Shown here piece after piece: positions 39,028 through 50,756 of a stretch of 64,000 nucleotides of DNA (its first letter is position 1; every line of letters starts with the position of its first letter). The DNA is from Takakia lepidozioides (Eukaryota > Plantae > Bryophyta). The stretch lies in assembly GCA_030704615.1 (NCBI GenBank), contig CM060732.1, positions 68,324,001-68,388,000 of the forward strand, read 5' to 3'. A program made the position numbers and the translations under genes. The notes beneath the pieces were generated by a model. The model made no database searches. It worked only from the letters and a program-made list of their open reading frames with translations, and was not told where the DNA came from.

Positions 39028-42000
39028 TTATGGCATACAATGTGGTCCCACCATGTCTGGAAGTTTACACTGTACAACCTGCTGTAAGCTCTTAATAGCA
39101 AAATTGGTGAACACCCTGAACTCCTTGTCCGTATAGGTGAGTGGTGTGCCAATGACTTGGGAACAGTGCAAGTATTTCCATGCCTCATGGCCCTTAAAGA
39201 AAATATCGTCAGGGCCAAATTTCTGTGTTGTCAAATTGTTCCAAGCCGAATGAAACCATGAACGAAGTTGGGAATCCTTCTGCATCGTAACCTTTGCATC
39301 ATATAGGTACATATGAGGTGGCACTGAAGGTAAGACCCAATGATCCCCACTGGAATAACTCAGAAATCGCGATTGCATCTTCTGCTGCTCAATGTGATAA
39401 CGTGCCAGAAAACAAGAAAGTATAACCCGCAGCCCATGACAATACTTACTACCTCCTTGGTCTTGGTATAAATGTACCCATGTACAACCTGGAAGGCAAT
39501 TAATTCCTTCAACATGGTACTTGCTTCATGCCAGTACCTCGCAAAGTGATGATCCTCAATGGGTCGATTGTTCGGAAGAACCTTAGTCATAGTTGCCACT
39601 GGCAGCCAATTGCGCATGATCTGGTAGTAATGTGCCAACGATGTGGAGGACTGAATTTTTTCCAAACCAAATCCAACACAATGGGAATTTGGTTGAAGGG
39701 CATAATCATAGCCTAACTGTACTCCCGTGCAGCAGGAGTCCTAGGTGGGTTAAAAGCAGCATCCCCCCATACCTCAGGCTGTGGCGGCTGTGGTGTGGCT
39801 ATAGTAACAACAGGGTCAGCTACCGGCACAGTCACTTGTTGTGGTATTGGTAATATTGGCCCTTCCACCACTGGCATCTCCTGCACCCCTTGCGAAGAAG
39901 ACTGAAAAATTAGAGTTCTGGCTTGTAAATAAGTAGCCATCAGCTGCTCCTCAGGTACAAAGACTCTCTTATCAATATTTGAAGTCAGGTTCTCCACATG
40001 AGTCTGCAGGCCGTCTACATCCTCCTGTAGCTCCGCTATCCTACTATAGACATTGTCTATAGTAATTGTGGCAATGTTCTGCACCCACAGTTTGAGCTCA
40101 TTCATCTCGCCTTGGGTGAGCTTCCGTGGTGCTTTGTCTTCCACCGGCCCTTGTGCTAACCAGACTTGCATAAGGTGGTTATCCACCAAGTTGCGTGTGG
40201 CACCCCTGAGAGTCTACTCCTCTGTGAGCATGTACACATCTATCTGCTGCTGTAAAGCCTCCATGCGCTTCGCATGAGGTTCAACCAAACTCGCATATGC
40301 AGCAGCCAGATTATTGGCTTCCTTCCAAGCATTGTTAGCCACAGAGAGTTCATTTTTATTCACCATGACTGTTTGTTGCAACTCCAGGATGTACCTCTCT
40401 TGGTCAGCTTCAACCTGTTTGTATTGCTTGAAAGTGTTCTCATTGCGACAGATTGTATTCTTCATATCAACAATGAGTTTTGTCTGTTCGACTGTCTCTG
40501 CCTCAGCCTTCATACATCTCTCCGCTTGTCTGTTAACTTCTAATGCAGTTTGCTCAAGAGTAGTTGTGAGTGTAGCACATTGTATGGTCATCCTCTCATG
40601 TACTGCCTGCAACTCTATATGTAGTGCATTCATTTCTTGCAACTTGCCCTCATGCTTCACCTGCATTTGGTATAACTGTTGTTTATGTGCTTCGTGCAAC
40701 TGGTCTTGCGCGAGGCCTGCTTCAATCAAATGTTCATTGGCCAACTGCAAATCAGCTTTTGTATCCTCTAACTCTTGCTGTAACTTGAGAGTGACCTCCT
40801 CATCGACCTTGTTTGCACACTCAGTGGCAAGTCGAGCCTCAAACTCCTTCCGGAGTTCCTCCCTCAAAGCTGCCAATTGGGTAGATGGAACATGGGATTT
40901 CACATAAGTGCCCAACAAATTAAGTGTCCTGCTTATGGAACTCATAAGTATGGCCTGCTGAGGGTCATCATGGTGAGGTTGCTGCTGTTCTCCCTGATCC
41001 TCATTAGTGTGATGCCTCATGAACCATTCAGGCCATTGCCCCACCAGATTTTCTTCTTGAATCACCTCATCCGCTACAGGTGCTGCAGTGTCTTGTTATT
41101 CTACCCCTGGTACCTCCGTCACAGGTGTGGGTATTACATGCACAACAGGGTTTCCCCTGGACAACCGCTGTACCTCTGGAATCACTGATTCCCTTACCAA
41201 GCCAGAATTTTCATAGAGAAGGTCACCCTTCTCAATTTCGGCTACGACCTGCTCTGTAGTGGGAATGTCCAACTTTTCTCCTTCCAGAGCAATTGGGGGT
41301 GATGCCACAGCATATACTAACTGTGGAACCTCTAAAACAACAGAGTCATTTGATTGTTGTGGTTGTGGTATCGAAGTGACTTCCTCTTCCCTCTCTGAAG
41401 GCCCTGCTTCCAATAATAGCAGCTCTCTGTGTTGTTGTGCCCCTTCCTGCACAAGAGCTTGGGAAACATTATCGTGCGGTTTCCGTGAAGTCAGTGGATC
41501 CGCCACTACAGTCTTACCCCGCCTCTGTCTCTTAGACTGGTGTTGCGCTGTCAGTCCACCCTCACTGTGTGAAGAGCCTTGCTCTTCAATTGCAGTGGTT
41601 TCTGCCTCAAACACTCCCATCTCCTTTCTTTCCCGAGTATCAAGTATGCAAGAATCAAGAATTATTTGAGCAATGATTGGACCGGACACAATGATCGGAG
41701 ACTTAGCAGCAGTGCCTAGTAACCTCTTCATCTCGTCCACCAATCCGTTGTACATTAACTCTGCCCAAGCGACATCCTCTCCCCTCAAAGCTTTCAGGAT
41801 CTCCTCTGTGAAGGACCTGCTCAAATATTGTTGGTTCTGTTTCATGGCAAACAGAACGTTCAAGATTTGGCCAACTTCCCTAAGCCCTGGGTACTCGGCT
41901 TTGGTACAAGCAAAACCTTGAGTTTTAAATAAACTCCCTTCTTGGAACAGATTCCCTATCTGCAATCTTGCCCTGTGCTCATCTACATCCACATGTCCTG

Positions 42001-42256
42001 ATGGCAAATCAAACAATTGCTGCAGGTACTGGGGAATAATTACTCCCCTCACCTGAGTAAGTCCTGTCCGAGGCTCAAAGTTCTGAAGAAATTGTATCAT
42101 GAACTGCCGATGATGCAAGGACCAGTCCTTGCGTAACAATCCTTCCAATCGCAGCTCCTTCAGTAGCTGCACCGCCTGTGGTGCAGCAATCGTTTGCTTC
42201 TGTAAGATTGTGGTGCTCTTCACCCTGATATCCTCCATTCCTCTCACTCTCTTCAT
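39028..42256 (-). pseudogene. Additional 3' ORF of element A (env-like position), about 1070 codons, disrupted
   Basis: ORFs 41096-42289, 40214-41065 and 39713-40189 share one frame and are separated by single stops; frameshifted continuation runs to about 39028. N-terminal QFLQNF..VRGVII..LFDLP..GEDVAW resembles plant transposon/Athila-type accessory domains; central coiled coil. Confidence 0.7.
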
Positions 42257-42959
42257 TCTAGACAAACAGAAAGGTTTTGGTTGCAACAACTGAAGAAACG
42301 CCTACAGGGCACAAAGCATAAAAGTATGGTTTGCGTAGAATGAAATGGGTAAGTGCTTGTAAGCCTGTGGGGCTTGCAAGTATCGATTTAGAGAAAAGGT
42401 ACTATCCGCTCGTCCGTCCTTGTGCCACTGCGTAAGTAGTAATGCGAGTGTGTAGTCTATTATTTCCGCCATAGCGTCAAAGCTATAGCTTTGATTGTCT
42501 CTCCCGTCGAGACGCCCGTTACTTGGAACGACGCCGACTCTTGCGCTCAGAATCCCTCTAAATTCTTGATTTTGCTTCTTGGAAAATACCCTGTGCAGGT
42601 AATTCTGGCTCATGATTGGCTGTTGACTCTGTGATTGGTTTTGTAATTTAATTCCCTTCCATGGATTTTCCCCCTGGACTGTCCACTAGGATAGCACATG
42701 TGGCATTGGTTTCCCTTTTCTGAACTCGGAAAGGGTTCCATTACCCTGGCACTGAATGCATTAATGGGCCCACAATTAGTTACTGTACCGGGTAGGTACT
42801 TTGACGGCCAATTTTGTCTTCTTTCTTGGTGACACCCGTTCTTGCAATTCATGTCCGGCTGTGTGTCTCGCCCTGGCGTCCACGTGTCCATTTCTAATCC
42901 TGCCTCCGTCCACTTTTCCGCCGGCCACTCTCCGGATGTTAATCCACGTCCAGCTGTCA

Positions 42960-43230
42960 CTGATCCTATGGACTGTGTAACCCCGGTAGGCTGTGTTGAG
43001 CTGTGATAGGCTGTGTGGCACTGTGATGGGTTGTGATAGGCTGTGTCACGCCGTGATGGGCTGTGATAGACTGTGCCACACTGTGATGGCTTGTGATAGG
43101 CTGTGTGACACTGTGATGGGCTGTGATAAGCTGTGTCACGCTGTGTTGGGCTGTGATAGGCTGTGTGACACTGTGATGGGCTGTGATAGGCTGTGCCACA
43201 CTGTGATGGCCTGTGATAGGCTGTGTCGCG
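42960..43230. repeat. 30-bp-period CTGTG tandem repeat downstream of the integrase
   Basis: About 8 copies of CTGTGATGGGCTGTGATAGGCTGTG.CAC. Confidence 0.9.
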
Positions 43231-43369
43231 CTTGTACTGGCCGCCCTGGTCATATACGCTCGGCTTAGCGACAAGTGCTCCATACTCCGTTGGTATCACT
43301 GGCGCAGCCCGTGACTGCTTCTGCGTTTCAACATGCAAATCGTGCTGCAATGGTTTGTCATGGATACCA

Positions 43370-44838
43370 CTGTACCCCTTCAACTTATTGGCATTGACTC
43401 TTCCCAGCATCTCTTTGTTAATGGTTTGTAACATGGCTGTGTTGTTATCATACATCTTCTATATGACATAAGGTCCTTTCCATGGTGATTTAAGCTTAGA
43501 AGCTTTAATCTTCCCCTTCTTCTGCAACCAGAGAACCAAATCTCCCGTCTTAAAAGTCTTTAATTTGCCTTCATTAAACTGTTCCTTCCTCTTCATCTGA
43601 ATTCTGGTCATGTTATCAGCTCCATCAGCTCGTACTTTTTCCACATGGTATAATTCATGTTTCCTAACCTTAATTGAATCTTCCAATTCCATTCTCTTTC
43701 CCCATTCCGTTCTCATGGTAGGTAACAAGAATTCCACTGGAAGTAAAGCTTCCATGCCATACACTAATTGGAATGGTGTATACTTAGTGGTGACTTTATA
43801 TGAAGTCTTGTATGACCACAAAGCTGTCAGCAGCTTTGTATCCCAATCCGTTCTGTTTGCATTGACTATCTTAGTCAAGATAGTACATAGTATTTTGTTG
43901 ATAGCCTCTGCCTGACCATTACCCTGTGGGTAATACGTTGTACTCTTCATATGCTCAATCATGAACTCTTTAGTCAGTAGTTCAATGGTCTCATTAATGA
44001 AGTGACTTCCCTGGTCACTGATAAATTCCAAGGGACAGCCAAATCGTGTAAGTATGTTCTCATACAGGAACCTTGCTGTGGACCTGGCTGTGTTGTCCCT
44101 CAAAGCTTTAGCTTCCATCCACTTCGTAGTATAATCAGTGGCTGTAATTATGTACTTGTTCTGTGTATTCTTGGCCGGTGGGTTAATTGGTCCAACAAAG
44201 TCTAATCCCCATTTCTGAAATGGTTCAGTAGGCATCGTAGGATGCAAAGCCATCTTCCCAGATCTCTGCAAAGGTCCTAGCCTCTGACATTCATCACAAC
44301 TCTGACAATACTTGTGTACATCCTTGAACAAAGTAGGCCACGAGTAACCTGCAAGTAGTATCTTCCTACTAGTAGTCTCTTCTCCAAAATGTCCTCCAGC
44401 CACTCCTTTATGAACTTCCTCCAAAACTTTATTTACTTCATGGTGGTACAAGCATCATTTAAGTACTCCATCAGGTTCTAGCTTATACATTCTGCCCCCT
44501 ACCATAGTATAAGGTAAAGCCTTGATAGCGATTCTCTTCCTCTACTCCTTACCATAACTAGGTGGGCACTGACCACAAGTAAGGTAGTATCTGATTGGCC
44601 ACTGCCAATCTAACCATTCATCTGCACTTCCTTGCACCTCCATTGCAAATAAACTCGCATCAGGTAATTGGTCGTCTACTCCTGTGGCGGCCGCTCCTGT
44701 TGTTAGGCATGACAAATGATCTGCCAGAAGATGCAAACGGCCAGGCTTGTAAACAACTTCAAACTCAAACTCGTGCAAGATTATTAACCACCTCCCTATC
44801 CTTCCACTTATCAAAGGTTTGTTCACCAGATATATCAG
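43370..44838 (-). mobile_element. Element A pol: RNase H C-terminus + integrase
   Basis: GRIGRWLIILHEFEFEVVYKPG..ADHLS; HKGVAGGHFG..CDECQR; WGLDFVGP, ISDQGSHF, GQAE; WKGPY..VNANKLK. Confidence 0.92.
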
Positions 44839-45557
44839 TGTCGCGGCCCTTTGCCTTGAGGGCAGGGGGTCGGGACACATGAGGGGCTGCCCCTGTGGTG
44901 GGGGCAGCGGCAGCGATAGGTATGGGGGGCTGAAGCACCCTTGAGTGCCCAAGGCACTCAAGGAGGCGGAGGCGCTCACTAGGTGGAGCCCCGCACACCG
45001 GGTTGCGGTGGGGGTGGCTCCACAAAGGGTGGTGGTGCATAGCGGGACTTAGTGGGGGTGGCATAGGACTCACCATAGGGGCGGAGACCTCGTGGTGGGA
45101 GTTGTGGGGAGTCTTGGGACTCATCACGGTCCATAGAGGCCGTGGTGAGTGGGCCAAGACTCACCGCGACTCATCACCGGGAGTCGAGGGTTTTCGTGGT
45201 GGTTCGCCATAAAATGGCATGGCTGGTTGTGAAACCCCCGCAGACAGCTACAGAAGTATATATAAGGGGAGTAGTGACCCCGAGAACGGTGCAAGCCCGT
45301 TGGTGACCAAAAACTAATGAGTAAGCGAGCAAGCCGGAAAGCGACCAAAGAGTGGGGAGCTGTTCCGGACTGCCATCTACCAAAGGGAATTCCACTAGGC
45401 CCAAATAGGTGGAGGGTTTAGTGGGAGAGCAAAGGGGGACTGTTATGTCCCGGTGAGCAGCCGAAGCTCCAAGTTGGCCCGGCGGCCAGGTTGGGAGTCA
45501 GGCGCAAGCGAGTAACTATGACTTGAATGGGAGCTTACCGAAGTGAGGTGCGCGACA
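44839..45557 (+). mobile_element. 5' LTR of chromovirus element B
   Basis: TGTCGCG..CGCGACA; homologous to the reverse complement of 54064-54788; flanked by ATCAG (44834-44838), the reverse complement of TSD CTGAT (54059-54063). Confidence 0.95.
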
Positions 45558-45559
45558 CT

Positions 45560-45571
45560 TGGTATCGGAGC
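45560..45571 (+). promoter_or_regulatory. Primer-binding site (tRNA-iMet type)
   Basis: TGGTATCGGAGC, 2 nt after the LTR (consensus TGGTATCAGAGC). Confidence 0.9.
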
Positions 45572-45611
45572 TTAGAGTTCAGTACGTGATCGTCCTTGGG
45601 ATTGGCCTCAT

Positions 45612-46927
45612 CATGGGGTCGGGCAAGCCAAAGCGAAAGCGGAACGGCCCAAAAGATGATGATCCTGGTGAGCCCGATGGGGGCGACGTGTCACCGAAGC
45701 GGCCATTTGAGGAAGCGACGCAGGTTTCTGAAAACGAGGCCGCTCAAGAGCGGGAGGAATCCGAGGAGTCGGAGCCCGAGGAATCCCTGAGAGCTCCGAC
45801 AGACCAACAGATGCCTCCCATGCGGGCAGCTTTTTTGGAAGGTTGTTGGCGCAGTTTGGCGGGACGTTGAAAGACGTGTTAGAAGCCACCTAAGACTTTG
45901 AACGAGGCAATTGAGAGGGTTGAATGTTTCTCAGATGTCCCTATGGGTGAAAGACAAGGCCGTACGGAGCTGAACCACAATAAGACCCGGCAAGAAGGTG
46001 ACTCCTTCCGACCGGAAAAGAAGTGGGATAGGCCACGCGGCGACAATGGCATGTGGAAATCGAAGGGAGGGCCATCACAAGTCAAGGCGACACCCGGTGC
46101 TTCGAAAGGAAAAGCGGGTGGAACGGCCTATGGCGGACAGAAGGCAACCTTTGATGGAGTGTGTTTCAATTGTGGGGAGCCCGGGCACATGGCCAAGAAG
46201 TGCACGAAGCCCCGGCAATTGAACATGACTCGGGCGACCACAGAGCTGTCGGAAGATACCATCAGTCGCTTGGTGGAAGCGGTGGTCGCCAGGACTTGCA
46301 AGGTAGTCAAATATTCTTGTGAGTTGTATCAGGAAACTGGCGCGTTGCGTAAAGGGAGTCACTTATTGTTCGTGGATGGGATAATATCCTGTGTCATTGT
46401 TGGTGGACACAGGAGCGTCGCACTCCTTCATGACACCGGCAACGGCACAGAAGTTGGGACTCCCGACAACTGACGTAGGGGCCTCTATTGAGGTGCGTTC
46501 TGCCAAAGGAGAACCGCAATTGGCGACGAGGTTGGCGTTCGATGTTCCTCTTCAACTGGGGAGTTGGGAGGGACGTGAGAACTTCACCGTCTGCGAGATC
46601 GATGGAGTGGATCTCATTTTGGGGATGACCTTTTTGAGCAAATCCGGAGCGGTCATAGATGGCCGCAAGAGGGTAGTCACGCTGCCATGTTGGAATGGTG
46701 GCGAGGTCTTACGAGTTTCGGAAATGCCCAAACCCGTGAGAGGGCGAATAAACCTTCTGCCAGCAAGGGAGTGGGCCGTGGAGGAGGCACACGAGCCCCA
46801 GTTTTTGCTCTACATTAGAGAAGTGAAGGGAGAAGGCGATGGAGAGCCGAGCCCAGATTGGATCAAGGGGATTTTGGAGAAATACCATGATGTGATGCCG
46901 GAGGATTTGCCAAGCGGCTTGCCACCG
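45612..46927 (+). mobile_element. Element B gag (capsid core apparently deleted, CCHC knuckle present) and aspartic protease
   Basis: CFNCGEPGHMAKKC; LLVDTGASHSF..DLILGMTFL; ends ..DVMPEDLPSGLPP at the inversion breakpoint. Confidence 0.9.
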
Positions 46928-48296
46928 TCCTTCCCTCGCAGTCCATACACCCCTGTCAGCATCTGCTGCTGGACATCCCCAACCAAAGACACCAACCCGC
47001 AACCCCCCCCCCTGAACCAACCTCCTCTAGCATGGCTAGCCTCCCAAAGGTTTGTATGGATCCTTGGCAGGCCTTCCAGAGTTAGACTTCGATCCGCATG
47101 AATGGTCTTGGAAACTAACCCGCACCACTACCCCATTCTTCACATACACAACTAAAAAAGGATATACAGCACTATCGCAAGCCCCTCCCTTTCTGGCGAA
47201 ATGGAACGAAAAGTGGAGTCACTTCGACTTTCACAATGAAAGCTGGGAATCGATTTGGAGGATCATTTGGACCAAAGCCAGACCAGCCAAGATGGCTGCA
47301 TTCTTGTGGCAAATAGCAAACAGAGTTCTGAAGGTTGGTGAATGGCTAGGGTTTAACGATGCCCTTCTCTGTAAATGTTGTTCAGCAGCTATCATGGAAT
47401 CGCAAGAACACTGTCTTCTTTACTGCCATGCCCCTGCATCGATTTGGCCGCACATCCGCTCCCTCTATAGCCGCTGGAACGGCATACCCCTAACCTCGCT
47501 TGGAATTATGCTAAACTATGACAAATCCTCAAAAAGCAGAGCCAGTGATTATCCAGTCTTCGACACTCTTAGATGTGCCACCCTCTGGCACTTGTGGAAA
47601 GCGAGATGTAAACAAACCTTCTCTGGAACCACCTGCTCAGTATCAGCACTTCTTTCAGCAATATACTATGACTTACAAATTGAATCCAGGAGAGTCTGGA
47701 TCAAACTAGCAGCTGACATGAAAAAGAAACCACGGATTGCAGGGCAACTGCACTCTGCCTTCATCTCTACCTGGGCACATCAAGGCATTATCTACAGAAT
47801 CGTCTCCAGCGTTCACTGCGAATGGAACAAGCTGTCACCGCCCAGCTGGAGCAACATCAATACCACCATCCACCGCCTCGTCGGAGTTTGACAGGGACAT
47901 AAACTGGAAGCACGTCAAGGAGGGCACCAAACAGTCGAGGCTCCACTTTCGGTGATGTTTGGTAGCTCTGAAGTGTGGCCGAGCTGTAATCACTCAATCG
48001 CCTCCAGGATACACCCACGTTCTGTGATGCAGCTACTCAACAATAAATCCCCAGGCGTTTTGCCCTGGGGATGCTTTGATAATTACAAAGCAATTACTAG
48101 CAAGGTTTTATTTACTCAATCAGAGTAGTATGGTTCGCTTATACTCGACCAAGAGTAGGAAAGTTCGTATTTCACTGACATCGGTGTGTGTGCCTTATGG
48201 TGTTCCCGAGGGTTTAATTTTTTCCCTCTAAATAATTCCAAATAAAGTAATAACAGGGCCACTGCCCCCTGTTCTAAAAAAAATAAAAAATAAAAA
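46928..48296 (+). mobile_element. L1/Tx1-like LINE copy 2, 3' part (zf-RVT region, 3' UTR, A-rich tail)
   Basis: WRIIW..KMAAFLWQIANRVL..CKCC..ESQEHCLLYC..LWHLWKARC; tail at 48276-48296. Confidence 0.9.
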
Positions 48297-49339
48297 GTCC
48301 ATTGGATATTACCGCGCCTGCCACCTGGGTGATTCAGGGCTCAAATCCTGTTACTTTGATATTTATTAATAGATTAATTATGTGATCTTCCAGATTCTTA
48401 CTACCTATTCATAATTACTATACATCAGGGCTTGCATGAATTCCATGCATTTGTTATGTTTCTTGGTTGGGTAGATGAATTGGACAGTTATCAATTATTT
48501 GCGATTGTGTAGTATATTGATTGTGGATATGTGTTAGATAATTTGTGTTGGTTTGGTTGGCAGTGCCAATATTTCAGTTACCATTTGAATAATATGCTGT
48601 AGATTAATATTTTGATGACAATCCAAGAGGTTGTGGACAACGAGATTAGTTGGTCCCCATTCTATCTACTCATAGCTATCATGAAACTGTCTAGTGTTTT
48701 ATGATCATATTACCATTTTGGAGACACATAGAGATCACTGAGTTAAGCATGTTTCTACTTCAGTCCGATGTCAAGGCCTACATTTTCTTGCTCTCAACGT
48801 CTCTTGGGCAATCTCTCACTGGCCTTGACAAATGTCTTAAATGCATGTCTTTCCACAACATTTTCTGACGATTCTTGCTATTACAGATTCAAAACGAACA
48901 TACACATATCCTAAGCATAGTAGATTCCAACCTCCAACAAAATTGGTCCTCACAGACCTGCTTTAATCTACACCTTGTCAATTTGGAACATGCACCAAAT
49001 GAGATATTTGATTACCATGACCAACCGTTCCAAACCTGTCAATTTTGGAGCATGCAAAGCAGTCAAAATACCACATCTAATTAGTAACTCTTCTGCTAAA
49101 GAAACAGACCCCTAGCCTTAAATTGAACCCCCCTCAACCTAAACTTGATCGATCCTTCAAATGGATTCCAATGATATTTCGTGACCAACAATGCTGCCAA
49201 AATCTGAAATAGTAGGAAAGACTTGCACATATCGTGCTCAATTGTTGCATGCACTATGTACATTCATGACTCTCATACAACTTCAACTTGAGAGTTTCTA
49301 ATCGGTTTGATGCTCTGGATGAGGTTGAATCCAAACAGC

Positions 49340-49699
49340 CAGAAGGACAAGATGCCCCTAAGTGTACGGAACCTGAACGTCCTGAATCTGAAGGATTTGG
49401 TACTCTGAATGGTTTAGCCGTTAGATGGACAATCTGTCCCTAAGTGTGCAGAGCCTGAACGTCGTGTAACCGAAGGATTTGGTACTCTAAATGGTTTACC
49501 AATCCTCAAAGTCTACACAAGACGAGCAAAATCTATACACGGGGTAATTGTCCCCAAGCAGTCTGACGGACAATCTACCCCTATGTGTGCGGAGCCTGTG
49601 CGTCGTGTAACTGAAAGATTTGGTACCCTGAATGGTTTACCAATTCTCAAAGTTTACACAAGACGAGCAAAATCTACACATGGGGTAACTGTCCCCTCT
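49340..49699 (+). mobile_element. Displaced 5' coding part of the RTE-X-like LINE, with about 129-bp tandem repeats
   Basis: About 2.5 copies encoding CAEP.RRVTE.FGTLNGLPILKVYTRRAKS.HGV.VP. Joins in frame (..GVTVPS|LQNGWP..) to 37600 when element A is removed. TSD CCTCT/CCCCT with one mismatch. Confidence 0.7.
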
Positions 49700-50745
49700 T
49701 GTTAGAGGGCTGTTTGGGACTTAGACGCTTTTACGGGTTCTGTGGGGTACCCTTAATTTTTGCGCAGACTGAGACCAACAGGAGCCTTAGGGGTGACAGC
49801 AGCGCACTTTAGGGGGGGGGGGGTTATACAGCCCGTCACATCCGACACAACCCAACACAGTCCGTCACAGCCAATCACATCCAACACAGCCTGACACAGC
49901 CTGACACAGCCCGACACAGCCCGTCACAGCCAATCACAGCCGACACAGCCTGACACAGCTTCGCACAGCCGACATAGTCCGTCACAGCCAATCACAGCCG
50001 ACACAGCCTGATACAGCTTCGCACGGCCGCCACAGCCCGTCACAGCCAACACAGCCCGACACAGCCGACAGAGCCAGTCACAGCTCGACACAGCTTGACA
50101 CAGCCTGTCACAGTACATGGGGAACAGTTATCAATGGCAAGGAACGACTGTGAGGGAACGACATCTGCAGAAGGAACGTGATACTTCGGGGATAACGGTT
50201 AATTAGTTAGGTGGTTAGAACAGCTTGGGGGGCAAATAAGGAGAGCGGCAACAAAAAGAAGGACACTTCACGGGGGAGCGCTTGATGGTCATGGAGGAGA
50301 GGAGATCAGGCGGAGAGCAAGAACGAGAGCACGGAGTAGGAAGAGAGATGAACAGTAGATGCTTTACTTCATGCAGAACTGTAGTGATACTGTAGGGTGG
50401 ATTAGAGTCACTTGACATTGGCCTAGTACCTGATAAATCGTAATCTGAAACTTATTCGATACAAGCACACTGTGTAGAGAGACATGAGTGAAGCTGTGAA
50501 ATGAATGCATGATTAACTGGAACTAAGAAGATACTGAAGCAAACTGATGCTTCAGTATCAGATAAGGTAAATTGTTAACATGAAGGCAAGAAGGAATACA
50601 AAGGGGAAGCACAACCATGATTCACTAGCTGCAGCTCATGACTGATTGTACTGAGCGGGCTGAGTGCTTAGAGATATCCAACTCTTCTATCTTGGAGTTT
50701 CCACCTCGGATAGCGAAGGGATGGGTGAGTAAAAGCCGCTCGACA
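49700..50745 (+). mobile_element. 5' LTR of element A (now inverted relative to its 3' LTR)
   Basis: TGTTAG..CGACA, followed by the truncated PBS TGGCGACACTGC (50748-50759). Confidence 0.92.
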
Positions 50746-50756
50746 TTTGGCGACAC

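Noticed and set aside
42610-43283. Repetitive Cys/His-rich ORFs (TAYHSPSQC, CDRLC, QPITAHHS)
   Set aside because: Translations of the 30-bp CTGTG array that are open in several frames; no evidence for a real protein.
46391-47101. Protease ORF with a novel C-terminus (likewise 58051-58569, 50625-51248, 44542-44979)
   Set aside because: Chimeras created by inversion or insertion junctions.
48171-48228. snRNA with an Sm site
   Set aside because: AATTTTTC is not the AUUUUUG consensus and nothing else matches spliceosomal snRNAs; better explained as LINE 3' UTR.
48297-48360. Functional tRNA gene
   Set aside because: No acceptor stem and degenerate arms; only tRNA-related.
37606-50745. Large inverted repeats as the TIRs of a giant DNA transposon (also 44839-54788)
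   Set aside because: They are LTRs with PBS, PPT and TSD, inverted by a later rearrangement.
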